Below, in pieces: positions 45,074 to 55,230 of a stretch of 64,000 nucleotides of DNA (the first letter of the stretch is position 1; each line of letters opens with the position of its first letter). The DNA comes from a virus. The translations under genes were made by a program, and so were the position numbers. Under the pieces are notes generated by a model that saw only the letters and a list, made by a program, of their open reading frames with translations, was not told the origin of the DNA and did no database searches. Location: IMG/VR virus record IMGVR_UViG_3300008050_000019; one strand, given 5' to 3'.

Positions 45074-45898
45074 CTAAATTGAATTATGTTGTAAGTTACC
45101 GAACGTTTTTGTGTACTTAGCCCAAGTTGAGTCTTTGGTCATTGAGTTAAATTCGAATCCTACGAATTTTGCTTTGACAACATCCCAAGAAGCATGGCCT
45201 TTAGTTGTTTCAATTTCCGCCCATTCTTCATCAGGTAAAATATGAAACCTGATTAAGGTCTTACAAAGCTCATAGAGTTCACGGGCTTCTTTTCTAGACA
45301 ACTTCTGATCAAAGAGGATAGGATTATTTAACATTGCTTGCGCTGTCTTAGAACCTATCCCAAAAACACCTGGGATATTATCCGACCCGTCGCCCACAAG
45401 CGCTTTCCACTTAACATAATCATATGTAGGAGCCGAAACAAACTCTTTTTTCATGGGATTCCATAAAGTAACGTTATTATACAGTTGCAACAGCTGGATG
45501 AAGTCTGTGTCATTCGACACGACGGTTACGTCATCATTCGGATGTAGTCTGCTAATGATGTTTGATACTATATCATCTCCCTCGTAATTGGGATGCCTTA
45601 AAACTGTAATAGGGAAATCACGTAATATGCTAAAGATTTCATCTTTCTGGCGAGAAAAAGAGTCATATTCTTCACTTTCCATAGGAACACGTGTTCCTTT
45701 ATATTCTTCAAAGATTTCTAAACGCTTTACAGGAACACCTTCACTTGTTAGGTAACAAACGTCAGGTTTATGTTTCTCAATGATGGGTCTTAAGCCCCGA
45801 AAGAAGTTAAAACAAATAGGCCAATTGCCTTTTGAGTATCCGCTGCGGGCGCGGTGAATGAGGTTATAGCCGTCTAAAATTAAAACTCGTTTTCCCAT
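45074..45898 (-). CDS. 5'-3' exonuclease / flap endonuclease (PIN-like plus H3TH)
   Basis: VLILDGYNLIHRA, YEGDD, GDGSDNIPGVFGIGSKTA. Confidence 0.9.
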   Translation of the reverse strand: MGKRVLILDGYNLIHRARSGYSKGNWPICFNFFRGLRPIIEKHKPDVCYLTSEGVPVKRLEIFEEYKGTRVPMESEEYDSFSRQKDEIFSILRDFPITVLRHPNYEGDDIVSNIISRLHPNDDVTVVSNDTDFIQLLQLYNNVTLWNPMKKEFVSAPTYDYVKWKALVGDGSDNIPGVFGIGSKTAQAMLNNPILFDQKLSRKEARELYELCKTLIRFHILPDEEWAEIETTKGHASWDVVKAKFVGFEFNSMTKDSTWAKYTKTFGNLQHNSI

Positions 45899-45950
45899 AA
45901 ATTATTATAATTCGAAAGAAAACATTTTTACACTCTTATGTATTGAAGTT

Positions 45951-46289
45951 TTAATCAGCTAGCTTTAGGCCAATGGCAGCACCACGTTTACAAAACGTCC
46001 ATTTAGCGGTGACTTCGCCCCGCTTTAAATAGGATTCAGTCACAAGAGTATAGAAGTCAACCAAAAACATGTGATAATAGTTTCCTCTTAGATCTTCTAA
46101 AGTAAAACCTACTGAGGATCTGCCCTTCGAGTAGGAAATAATCTTCATTGTCGCATCGAACTCGAAGTTCTCTTTCCATGTTACAGGTTCATCACGTCTC
46201 GACTTATGATTATATGCACTTGATGCATTTTTCGCTGCCCCATGTACAACTTGCCCGTCATCTAAAATTGCAACTTTCCATTTTGCCAT
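45951..46289 (-). CDS. hypothetical protein
   Basis: ORF track. Confidence 0.6.
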   Translation of the reverse strand: MAKWKVAILDDGQVVHGAAKNASSAYNHKSRRDEPVTWKENFEFDATMKIISYSKGRSSVGFTLEDLRGNYYHMFLVDFYTLVTESYLKRGEVTAKWTFCKRGAAIGLKLAD

Positions 46290-46298
46290 AATGTATTA

Positions 46299-46325
46299 TA
46301 TCACACAGGAAATTTTAATACACTA
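46299..46325 (-). promoter_or_regulatory. promoter-like motif variant (TATCACA-N13-TACACTA)
   Basis: 10 nt upstream of the 46289 start. Confidence 0.3.
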
Positions 46326-46739
46326 TCCTTTATACACAAGATCTTGCAGCGATGCGTAGTTGAATCCATCACCCGCTAATCCCTCAGTCTTTTCTTTGAC
46401 CCACTTCCCCAAACCTTGCATAATCATTCTTTTCATTTCTTCGAGATTCTCTTCGTCAGCAGCTCTATCAAACTCAGTGGTATCATGCACAATGTCATAA
46501 GCATCAATTCCCCACCGCCCAAAAATATCCTCAAGTTCAGTTTTGTCTGTTGCGACAGTGATATCATGGTTAAGTTTTTCAATGCCAGCAGCAAAATCTG
46601 TTTTCGCCGAGTCAAAAGTTGAAGATCTGACATCTTCTATTTCTGCTCTAACATCACCCTGATTGTTCGTTTTTGGTCCCCTCATTTTATAATTCCAGAC
46701 CAACTCTTCGTTGATAAATTTCTTTAAAATATCACTCAT
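46323..46739 (-). CDS. hypothetical protein
   Basis: ORF track. Confidence 0.6.
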   Translation of the reverse strand: MSDILKKFINEELVWNYKMRGPKTNNQGDVRAEIEDVRSSTFDSAKTDFAAGIEKLNHDITVATDKTELEDIFGRWGIDAYDIVHDTTEFDRAADEENLEEMKRMIMQGLGKWVKEKTEGLAGDGFNYASLQDLVYKG

Positions 46740-46743
46740 AATA

Positions 46744-47577
46744 TTAACACGGGCTCCTACCTGATGCTGTAATTCTTCTAACTAATGGGTACATTTCACG
46801 AAACCTATTTAAATCTTTACCCCGAGCGTCAAGTCTTGGTGGTCTTCTTTTAAATGGGTATAGTTTTTTTGTTCTACTTAATGGCACGGCGGCTGTAGTA
46901 AAATCATTTATGAATGCATCTCCGACTAAACTGCTTGTGATTTGCTGGGACTGCAATTGCATAACTCTGACTAGCTCTTTTTTATCTTGCTCATCTAGCA
47001 GAATTCCCTCTACGTACTTTACATCTTGATCATGCGCGCATCCAGTTGACCATGTTATACCTAAATCTAGGGTTTCTCTTAAAACCTGTCTATTTGAATC
47101 GTCAATATACGCAAGATACAGCCGATTTGGCGCTGCTCCAGTTCTTGCATCGATGATAAAAGGATCTAGCCCTTTAAAAGGCAGCTCTGTCTTACTTGAT
47201 GCTGTTTTTGTTACAGTATTATAATCAATAGTCAGGATGGTATCAACGTCAGTATTTCTACCAGCGATGCTGTTCCAATAAAATCTAATAATCGGATCGC
47301 CACCGGCATCAATTTCTGACTGAGATGATATTGTTATCGCGGAAATGAACCTGAATACTTCATGAAGTAACTCAATTACTGTTGCTTTTACGTTAAAGAA
47401 ATTTGGGCCAGTGAGCGACCGCTTAACATCTGCGACGGTATAAATCTCCATCTCACGCAGGGGAGAACCTTTGTGGTTTTTTGACGCAAAAATAAATGAG
47501 TCATTCCCGGCTCGAGTGATAACGCATTCATCGACTCGTGCGGATGACGTAACTAATTGTGGAGAGCTAAATGCCAT
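46744..47577 (-). CDS. hypothetical protein
   Basis: ORF track. Confidence 0.65.
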   Translation of the reverse strand: MAFSSPQLVTSSARVDECVITRAGNDSFIFASKNHKGSPLREMEIYTVADVKRSLTGPNFFNVKATVIELLHEVFRFISAITISSQSEIDAGGDPIIRFYWNSIAGRNTDVDTILTIDYNTVTKTASSKTELPFKGLDPFIIDARTGAAPNRLYLAYIDDSNRQVLRETLDLGITWSTGCAHDQDVKYVEGILLDEQDKKELVRVMQLQSQQITSSLVGDAFINDFTTAAVPLSRTKKLYPFKRRPPRLDARGKDLNRFREMYPLVRRITASGRSPC

Positions 47578-47596
47578 TACTATTAAGTATACTACA

Positions 47597-47791
47597 TTAT
47601 AGTTTTAAACTAGCAATTACAGTAACACAGACCTGATGAACTGGAATGTTGTAAATATAGCCATCAATCATAACTGCATGGTGTGGAACAAATCCATAAA
47701 GTGTTTTTTCTACGTAAATACCGCATTCGGAATCTACGTGTTTAGAAAGTTTAAGTTCAACTAAATCACCAAATGAAAAATTTAACTGCAT
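47597..47791 (-). CDS. GDL-family small protein, tandem array member
   Basis: FSFGDLVEL ... IDGYIYNIPVHQV. Confidence 0.6.
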   Translation of the reverse strand: MQLNFSFGDLVELKLSKHVDSECGIYVEKTLYGFVPHHAVMIDGYIYNIPVHQVCVTVIASLKL

Positions 47792-48015
47792 TATTCACTC
47801 AGCCTAGTCAACAAAACTAAATCTACATCATGTACAGGAATGTTATACAGATTACCTTCAATCATAAGCTTATATTGATCTGCATCAACCCATGAACCTG
47901 TGGAGTATGATTCTTGTACAAAGACGCAGCCACGAAAACGCTCTATATATATACCAAATAACGCCCCGATTCCAACAGGTAATATTCCAACTAAATCGCC
48001 AAAGAAGAAATCCAT
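47791..48015 (-). CDS. GDL-family small protein, tandem array member
   Basis: FFFGDLVGI ... IEGNLYNIPVHDV. Clear paralogue of 47597..47791. Confidence 0.6.
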   Translation of the reverse strand: MDFFFGDLVGILPVGIGALFGIYIERFRGCVFVQESYSTGSWVDADQYKLMIEGNLYNIPVHDVDLVLLTRLSE

Positions 48016-48082
48016 TTATTTAATTATAAAATATTAAATGAATAAAATACACTCGTTTATAACGCCACTTTAGTCACTCATA

Positions 48083-48322
48083 TCATGATTTATTAATACT
48101 GCTTATAACTTTAACACAATTTCTTGGAGATAAAACCAATATAGGGCCACCAGCAAAGAACCGATACGCTCCGTCATTCCTGCACCCTAAAAAAATGGCG
48201 ATTGTCTGATCACCAAAATGGTTTATTTCAACAAGATCACCAAACTTTAGTAAAGGCGGATATACAACGTCACCTGAAGGGAAGCAGATCGTGCAAGGGC
48301 TACTTATACACCCATGAGCCAT
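48083..48322 (-). CDS. GDL-family small protein, tandem array member
   Basis: LLKFGDLVEI. Confidence 0.5.
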   Translation of the reverse strand: MAHGCISSPCTICFPSGDVVYPPLLKFGDLVEINHFGDQTIAIFLGCRNDGAYRFFAGGPILVLSPRNCVKVISSINKS

Positions 48323-48323
48323 A

Positions 48324-48428
48324 TTAACCTTCCTGCTTGTCTATACAACATAAAACAATTAACATACATTCACTCTTAGGGATATCATAGATTTCACCAT
48401 CAGCAGAAATGTTGCTAGATTTCTCGCT
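48324..48428 (-). pseudogene. truncated remnant of a GDL-family paralogue
   Basis: A startless 34-codon frame reads ...SADGEIYDIPKSECMLIVLCC and matches the C-terminal IDGYIYNIPVH block. It is cut off by the 3' end of the 1298-aa gene. Confidence 0.35.
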
Positions 48429-51400
48429 TCACCTTAATATATCTCTCGGTTCTAAACAGTCTATTATTCGTAATATCTGTATCATTATAGAATATATGTC
48501 CGGTTATTGGGCATATATAAACTTGCCCAACGCCAGCGCCACCTGAAGGAGGGAATTCTGCCTGATCTTCAGAGCCGCCCTCATCATCTCTTGGTCTGAC
48601 ATCAGCATTTCTAACAATTTCCCAGGCTTCGTTCGTTTTCCCTAATTTAACTGCTGTTGCAAGAGTTAATTGCGTTGAAGAATCGACGGAAGCAATAACA
48701 TGTTCGTCAGTGATGATGCTACTTTCGACTACCCTAAATAAATCATTTACTGCAAATGATCCAGTCGCAAATGTATTACCTCCTGTGGCAGTAACCTGAT
48801 TTACAGCAGGCCCAGTTGAAAATGATGTTCCTGAATCTTGAATGAAAACGGCTCTGACTATATGGTTTGCCATGTAGTTGGTATCATTAGCAGTCAATAA
48901 CCTTTGATTATCACTATATCCGATATTGTCACCAGCAGCGTTCAAGGCGAAATTACCAGCCATATTAGGTGTTACAGCTGCTGTGCCCTGCCATTGGTAA
49001 AAAGCAAGTTTCCAATATCGTCTGGCACTATTTGTGCCGAATGATCCACTTCCACCTAATAATTCTAAATCAATAACAACTTCGTTAGGTGACGTTGCAA
49101 ATGAATCATTTGCAGCGGAGTCATCATGGAATGCATCGGTTCGCAAGTTCCATGCTGGATGATCTTCATTAGACTGGTACGATGAACGTAGAGTCCAGCT
49201 GCCAGAACCAGCAGCGTCAGTTGCGCTGTATAAGTCCATTTTAACATCTGCATATGTTGCAGCAGGCATTGCTTCCCATGCAAACCCCAATTTTGAAGTG
49301 ATTATATCTGCTTGTAGATCAATACCTGTTTGGAATCCAGCAGTTGTTGTTAATGTCCCGCCACTGCCTCCGATGGTCTGCGTGTTGTTTGTTCCGTCAA
49401 GCAGTAGTCTTCTCTGGTATGCAGCAAGCATTGCTGATGAGCTAGCAGCTAGCACAAAAATGTCATCAGATGTTACTGACGCTAATGAAGCAACATCCAG
49501 AAACCCGCCAACGCACGAATGTGATTCCGCAGTCTTAACAGATAAGGCTTCAGCAAGCGGCGATTCTATCAATTCGGTTTTTTGCGCAAAAATATCATAG
49601 CCCCAAGTAATTTCTTGCGTCGAGTCTTTAACAAGGCCTATTGATACAGGGAATGTGTAATATTCATCTTGAACAAATTCACTTCCACCAGTACCAGATC
49701 CAGAAAATGCTACTTCGACGCCATTTGCAAGTTTCTCTGAGCTAGAGTGTACTAGTTTTGTCGATGCAGCCGCCCTGTGATGAACTCTGCTTCTATACCA
49801 AGTTGATGATCCTGTGCTCCATTGCCATGATGTTGGGGTAGAAAAAACAAGGTCATGCCTTCCTATCGCAGCTCCATTTCTAGGCCTAAATATATATGCG
49901 ACCCCGCTATCATCAGTAAACCAATTGTAGCCATGACATTCAGTAGCCTCAGCCGCCTGCCAAGAACCTGGACTTCCCCCTATAGTACCTGTAGCGTCGA
50001 ATTCCTCACCGATACAGGTCCAGTTAAAGCTAGACACTTCTGATGTACCTGAATTAACAATCTGTATAGTATTATTATCCAAGACGCCAGTCACGACAAA
50101 AGAGCCGCTATTAATACTATTGGAGGTAGTTGACAATACTATCCTTTTACCAACATGATGCTCTGTAAAATCATCGGCTGGAATAACGACTTCTTGGACA
50201 AATTTGCCTCCTATGATCGTTGGTGAAGACATTGATGTTCCAGTGCCTGATCCAGATACAACCTTTCCATTCGGCTCAAGCAAGCCGATTGTTGATGCGG
50301 TGTCTGCAGAGAACCACGCTGCACCACCTGGAGCGACGGACACATGGTATGATACATCAGTCAGGCCATCATCGAGCGTGTCACCATAAAATCCTACGCC
50401 TATGTTATTTGATCCAGACAGCCATGAATCGATTGGGATTCGTGTGATATTTTTTGAAATGAATTGATTATCACCATTCTGTGTTGCAAGCCAAATGTCA
50501 TCGCTTTCTGGATCACCTGTATCTTTTCTATTTATGATAAGCGTGTTAATTGAACCAGACTGGCCGGCGACTCCAGCATTGAGACCTAAATGTATAAACC
50601 CGGCAGCATTGACTTCTGCTGTTGTATGCATACTATAATATGCATGTGAGAAGTCGCTGCCTTGTATGCTATTTAATCTCTGAATTCCTGTTGTATTGTT
50701 ACCTGCTGTCTGTGTAGATACCCAATATACATTTCCGCTTGAATCAACATCAATCAATGTACCATGGTTATTTCTAACCGCACTGGACCCTCTTGGTACA
50801 AATCCTGCTAAACCGCGAACAGAATCACTGTCAATCGTATTAAAATCTGAGCCTGCATCGCTAACTGTTACGACCGAACCACTTATAATCCCCGTCGATG
50901 TAAATACGTCAATGTATGACAATCCATCACGATGTAATGCCCAGACTCTATCTAGCTCTGCTGCGTTAGTATGAAGCCCTGACTTATCAATAGCAATACC
51001 CAGGGTATTATTGCTTTGTAGTCCGGCTACATCATAGATACCGCTTGCAGTTGTCCCTATAACATTTAACACTGCATCACCGGCAGCATCTATCATTATC
51101 AACGCACCTACGTCGGTGCCTGTATCATTAGTATCACCATCACTATCACATGCAAGATATAAATACCCGTTCCGGCCAGGCTTCAAGTCTCTGAATTGGA
51201 CGTTAGTTGGTAATGTGGGAAAAGCTGACAAAGCTTCTGTTGATATTGAGTCGCTTGCATCTTTCCTCGATGGCGTCTCACCAGTAAATCTTTTCCATGC
51301 CCATAGAGATCGTGAAGTTGTTGCATTCGCGTGATCATTAGTGGCCCTATCAGTTACTGTCCACCAAATCTTCCCTGATTTCCGGGGTGATGATCCAGAA

Positions 51401-52311
51401 CCAGCAGCCAAGCCATCAAAGCACATACCTGATATTATACTTGACACAGAGCTTGCGTTTGATGCTTGCGTCGGATAATCTATGACATATGGCACTTGAG
51501 TAGGCGCAGGAGTATCTGTATCACAGAATAAAGTCTGGATGTTGACGAACCCTCGTGATGTTGACGAGGCATTATACCGATCAGATAAAGTTTCAGCAGA
51601 GGTATAGCCGTCAGCCTCCGCAGCACCAGGAGCAAAAGCACCTACATAATATGGTTGTCTTATGAAGTAGTACTCAGCGTCATCACCCGCGCCATTTAAA
51701 TCGCCTGTTTTTGTAGCGAAAATTGAGTAAATATAGTGACCTTCTTCGCCCGTATTGGAGCCAGAAATTGCAGGACTGCCATTAGAGCCAGTGGCAAAAT
51801 CAAGGCATCCACTGCTAAACACTGATCCTACACCGAGCGGTGTAACAGCTGTTTCATTAAAAAATGCCTCACGCCCTGAGGGGTGTCCAAAAACGCTACC
51901 AATCTGCTTGAAATTGATATCGGTACTTGAAACAGCCGCATCGGGTGTCGTTGTAGTTGCCCGAGCGCTGATTCTTCCTTGAGCGTATGCGATCTGCGAT
52001 GGTTGCGCTGGGGCAAGGTTCGTAGTTGTTATGAATCTTCGAAGCCTCATGTATTGGCCTATGGAAGACAGGGCTGGCATTGAATTGTTTAAGCGCACAT
52101 TATAGTAGCTTAACTCTAAAGGTGATGTGCCCGACGCTTCATTTAGAATATGGTCTCCCTTGAACAACAGATCGCCATCGATAGCCACTGTTGATAATGC
52201 AGTTCCAGCAACCAATGAACGAAAAGCTCTTTCTGCCTCGTACTTATAAAGTACATTAGGTTTATAGACCCATGTCCCGTCGTCAAGTTTGATTTTTAAA
52301 TAGCCCTTCAT
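48415..52311 (-). CDS. very large (1298 aa) Ser/Thr/Gly/Ala-rich putative virion or fibre protein
   Basis: Longest ORF in the window, with composition typical of phage fibre or baseplate proteins. No specific motif recognised. Confidence 0.7.
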   Translation of the reverse strand: MKGYLKIKLDDGTWVYKPNVLYKYEAERAFRSLVAGTALSTVAIDGDLLFKGDHILNEASGTSPLELSYYNVRLNNSMPALSSIGQYMRLRRFITTTNLAPAQPSQIAYAQGRISARATTTTPDAAVSSTDINFKQIGSVFGHPSGREAFFNETAVTPLGVGSVFSSGCLDFATGSNGSPAISGSNTGEEGHYIYSIFATKTGDLNGAGDDAEYYFIRQPYYVGAFAPGAAEADGYTSAETLSDRYNASSTSRGFVNIQTLFCDTDTPAPTQVPYVIDYPTQASNASSVSSIISGMCFDGLAAGSGSSPRKSGKIWWTVTDRATNDHANATTSRSLWAWKRFTGETPSRKDASDSISTEALSAFPTLPTNVQFRDLKPGRNGYLYLACDSDGDTNDTGTDVGALIMIDAAGDAVLNVIGTTASGIYDVAGLQSNNTLGIAIDKSGLHTNAAELDRVWALHRDGLSYIDVFTSTGIISGSVVTVSDAGSDFNTIDSDSVRGLAGFVPRGSSAVRNNHGTLIDVDSSGNVYWVSTQTAGNNTTGIQRLNSIQGSDFSHAYYSMHTTAEVNAAGFIHLGLNAGVAGQSGSINTLIINRKDTGDPESDDIWLATQNGDNQFISKNITRIPIDSWLSGSNNIGVGFYGDTLDDGLTDVSYHVSVAPGGAAWFSADTASTIGLLEPNGKVVSGSGTGTSMSSPTIIGGKFVQEVVIPADDFTEHHVGKRIVLSTTSNSINSGSFVVTGVLDNNTIQIVNSGTSEVSSFNWTCIGEEFDATGTIGGSPGSWQAAEATECHGYNWFTDDSGVAYIFRPRNGAAIGRHDLVFSTPTSWQWSTGSSTWYRSRVHHRAAASTKLVHSSSEKLANGVEVAFSGSGTGGSEFVQDEYYTFPVSIGLVKDSTQEITWGYDIFAQKTELIESPLAEALSVKTAESHSCVGGFLDVASLASVTSDDIFVLAASSSAMLAAYQRRLLLDGTNNTQTIGGSGGTLTTTAGFQTGIDLQADIITSKLGFAWEAMPAATYADVKMDLYSATDAAGSGSWTLRSSYQSNEDHPAWNLRTDAFHDDSAANDSFATSPNEVVIDLELLGGSGSFGTNSARRYWKLAFYQWQGTAAVTPNMAGNFALNAAGDNIGYSDNQRLLTANDTNYMANHIVRAVFIQDSGTSFSTGPAVNQVTATGGNTFATGSFAVNDLFRVVESSIITDEHVIASVDSSTQLTLATAVKLGKTNEAWEIVRNADVRPRDDEGGSEDQAEFPPSGGAGVGQVYICPITGHIFYNDTDITNNRLFRTERYIKVKREI

Positions 52312-52323
52312 GTGCTGTCCCTT

Positions 52324-52893
52324 TTATAGATCAAGTGTAAATGTTACACGATATTGCACATCAGCTGCTTGAGATGTACCTTGTATAATTGTACTGCTAA
52401 GCAAAGTATAAGCACAGATTCCGTGAATAGCATACTCATTTGCGTTATAAGAACTCAGTGTAGTTAACCCGACGATGTTTATATCTCTGGCAACAGTAGG
52501 CGCAGAAAACTGTACTGTCCTTGTCTGTACGAGTGTTGATGCATCAAGTGTAGTTGTATCTGGCGCTTTTACCTGGCTAGGTGTTTGACTGTCATAAACA
52601 TGCTGTAGTGATGTTCGTGCGACATTTGATGGTACAGTACCTTGGTGGATGAACACTTTGATTAAAGAACCAAATGCTGTCCCGCCGGCAATCATTCGAC
52701 GTGTTTGATCTGTGATCGTATTAGATTGCCACCCACTGTCAAGGGAGTAGTCACCCCTTGTTATAATGGCTTCGCGTATATCTTCGTACTTCCATGTAGG
52801 ATGCATTTTTGATGCTTCATCAATCACACGTTGATCAATAAGTTTAATCCTTGCTTGTCCTTTGATGTTAAATGAATTTACTGTAATCGACAT
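52324..52893 (-). CDS. hypothetical (likely structural) protein
   Basis: ORF track, tight spacing in the structural-looking block. Confidence 0.6.
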   Translation of the reverse strand: MSITVNSFNIKGQARIKLIDQRVIDEASKMHPTWKYEDIREAIITRGDYSLDSGWQSNTITDQTRRMIAGGTAFGSLIKVFIHQGTVPSNVARTSLQHVYDSQTPSQVKAPDTTTLDASTLVQTRTVQFSAPTVARDINIVGLTTLSSYNANEYAIHGICAYTLLSSTIIQGTSQAADVQYRVTFTLDL

Positions 52894-52895
52894 AG

Positions 52896-53960
52896 TTACC
52901 CAATAATTATTGAACCAAAGGCTGTTCCTGAAATAAACCGACCTATTCCTTTGCCCCAGGACGTCTGTGTATAAGTATCAACTATAGGTTGTGTTGAACC
53001 AGATTTAACTTGTACTATGCCATATTCACTTACCACCGTCGCAGGCGAAAACATTCCTTTACCGAAGGCTGTCTGTATGTAGTCATCTGTCGGGGGAATT
53101 ACATTAACTGGGCGTGTCTCTACAACAGTTATATTTCTAGAACTAGGAAACATCGAAGAGTTGAATCTAGAGCTTAACCTTGATGTGTTAGCTGCGGGCT
53201 CACTTATACCGTCACTTTCAATCGTGTCAAAAGGCGCTTTTATTTTACCTTCAATCAGCTGCGTCGAATTTGGTCCTTTAAAATTTACTTGCGTAACAAA
53301 ATACTTCGCAGCCTGTGAAGGAATTTCAAATTCATAAATGTGGGGATCAAGTTTCACGAATGGAACGAGTGTGCTATTAAATCTAACCAATTTACCTGTT
53401 CCATGCAATTTTCCATACACATTAAAACCTGCAATATTAAGATTTAGATTCGACAATGATGATGGCAAAGCTCGCCACCGAATCATCATTGTCGAAGACG
53501 GCGTCGGCGACGCCGCAACAGCAATAGCGCTGATGGGTTTTGTTGCATCAGCATGAATAGGCATATTACCGATGACTTTTCCGGCTTCGAGTTGTTTTAC
53601 GCTATCATTAACAGGTGCACTAAATACTGCAAGTTGCAGGTTGTCTATTATAGTGGCAGTCTGAGCGACTTGAGTTGCAGGAGCATCATTTTCATCAAGT
53701 GTAATAAGATAAAGATTTTCATTAAGCACGTAACAAAAGATCCAAGTGCCTTCAATGGGATCAAAGAAAATCTCTGGGCGCTCACCTTCTGCTAAAAGCC
53801 TAACTTCACTCTCTAGTGTACCATTAATATCACGTTGGACAAAGATTGATGTACCAGTAAGATACGGCCTTTCATAAACGTACCATATAATTGAAGCGTC
53901 AGAATTTGATGCGACCGATATTTTTCCTACGTCACTAGTGAATGTTATCTGAGTCGCCAT
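52896..53960 (-). CDS. hypothetical (likely structural) protein
   Basis: ORF track. Confidence 0.65.
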   Translation of the reverse strand: MATQITFTSDVGKISVASNSDASIIWYVYERPYLTGTSIFVQRDINGTLESEVRLLAEGERPEIFFDPIEGTWIFCYVLNENLYLITLDENDAPATQVAQTATIIDNLQLAVFSAPVNDSVKQLEAGKVIGNMPIHADATKPISAIAVAASPTPSSTMMIRWRALPSSLSNLNLNIAGFNVYGKLHGTGKLVRFNSTLVPFVKLDPHIYEFEIPSQAAKYFVTQVNFKGPNSTQLIEGKIKAPFDTIESDGISEPAANTSRLSSRFNSSMFPSSRNITVVETRPVNVIPPTDDYIQTAFGKGMFSPATVVSEYGIVQVKSGSTQPIVDTYTQTSWGKGIGRFISGTAFGSIIIG

Positions 53961-53965
53961 ATGAA

Positions 53966-54124
53966 TTATTCAGTTGGAATGCTGCCTTCTCTGTTATAAA
54001 TAAAGACGATACCACATACTTCGCATGTATGCTTTTCATAATAAACATTATTGTCTGCGGGATCTTGCTCGTATGTTATCGTCCAGCGAGTCTGGTGTCT
54101 ATGCTGCCCTCTAGTTGTTTCCAT
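53966..54124 (-). CDS. 52-aa protein with CxxC (below track cutoff)
   Basis: METTRGQHRHQTRWTITYEQDPADNNVYYEKHTCEVCGIVFIYNREGSIPTE fills the 53961-54158 gap. Confidence 0.35.
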   Translation of the reverse strand: METTRGQHRHQTRWTITYEQDPADNNVYYEKHTCEVCGIVFIYNREGSIPTE

Positions 54125-54158
54125 CTACTAACCTACACAAATAAAGTGCGTTGATAAA

Positions 54159-54620
54159 TTACGAAATGATATTAACCTTAGCGTTTGTTGTTGACCCATC
54201 AGGTAACATAATCTCTGTCATGTTATCGTTTACCGGAATCATTGGTAAAGACATTTGAGCATCAGTTTCTTCGCCGATGTCGTCTATGCTTAAACCATCA
54301 TGCTCAATAGCCTCTTGCGTAGTACCACCAAAAGCCCTTAAAGCAACAGCACTTGTTTTTTTAATAATGCTTGCAATGCCCTTTTTTGCATTATCTACCA
54401 TTGATGCCTGTGCATCAGCGAGCGATAAATAAACAGTACCCTTTATTGTTTCAAGTACTTTGGGCTTAGATTCTTTTTTTGGAACTCTAATGACATGCTG
54501 TATCGTAGTGCCATCAAGAGTCTCACTTACTCTGCGTTCAATGACCTGAACAGGTACAACACCAGCCACATTACTAGGTATAATGAACAAAACTTGTCCG
54601 ATGTTGTAGTTTGCACTCAT
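54159..54620 (-). CDS. hypothetical protein
   Basis: ORF track. Confidence 0.65.
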   Translation of the reverse strand: MSANYNIGQVLFIIPSNVAGVVPVQVIERRVSETLDGTTIQHVIRVPKKESKPKVLETIKGTVYLSLADAQASMVDNAKKGIASIIKKTSAVALRAFGGTTQEAIEHDGLSIDDIGEETDAQMSLPMIPVNDNMTEIMLPDGSTTNAKVNIIS

Positions 54621-54625
54621 TTATG

Positions 54626-54814
54626 CTACCCTTGTTCTCCAGCTTCCCGAGCAAGATCAGAAGAAAGCACAAGAATACTTTCACCAGACGCTCTTTTATA
54701 TTCCGACAGATCAAACTCTGCTAACTTATTTTTTAGCTTTGTTTCATTCTTATACCCACCGTATGTTTCATAAACGCTTATTAATCTATCGATTGTTGTT
54801 GAGTGTAATTTCAT
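54626..54814 (-). CDS. hypothetical protein
   Basis: ORF track. Confidence 0.5.
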   Translation of the reverse strand: MKLHSTTIDRLISVYETYGGYKNETKLKNKLAEFDLSEYKRASGESILVLSSDLAREAGEQG

Positions 54815-54822
54815 GTTATATC

Positions 54823-55200
54823 CTACATCAAGCCTTTGGCTGATTTTTTCATTTCCTTTTCTGCGACTTTATCTCTAACTGATTGTGAGATTTTTGCACC
54901 AGCAATCGCTGCTTTTGTTAAGGGTTCTAACCCTAAAGCTTCTCTAACATCATCATAAGCTTCCGCTGATAACTTGCTTTTAAGAACTTCCATTTGTGCA
55001 TATTGTCTTAAATCCCAGTGAACGATTGGTAAATCTTCACCGCTAGGACCCGGCTCAAACTGTCCAGTATCACATGCTTCCCATACAAGCAAAAACCTAG
55101 GCATTTGCTCTTTCGGCGGAACATGAATTAAAGGAAGATTTCCCAGTTGCCCATCATCATCTTCTTCATAAGAAATTTCCCATTGCCATTTATTTAGCAT
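54823..55200 (-). CDS. hypothetical protein
   Basis: ORF track. Confidence 0.6.
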   Translation of the reverse strand: MLNKWQWEISYEEDDDGQLGNLPLIHVPPKEQMPRFLLVWEACDTGQFEPGPSGEDLPIVHWDLRQYAQMEVLKSKLSAEAYDDVREALGLEPLTKAAIAGAKISQSVRDKVAEKEMKKSAKGLM

Positions 55201-55230
55201 TAAGAATCGTACAATACTTACTATGTTTTG

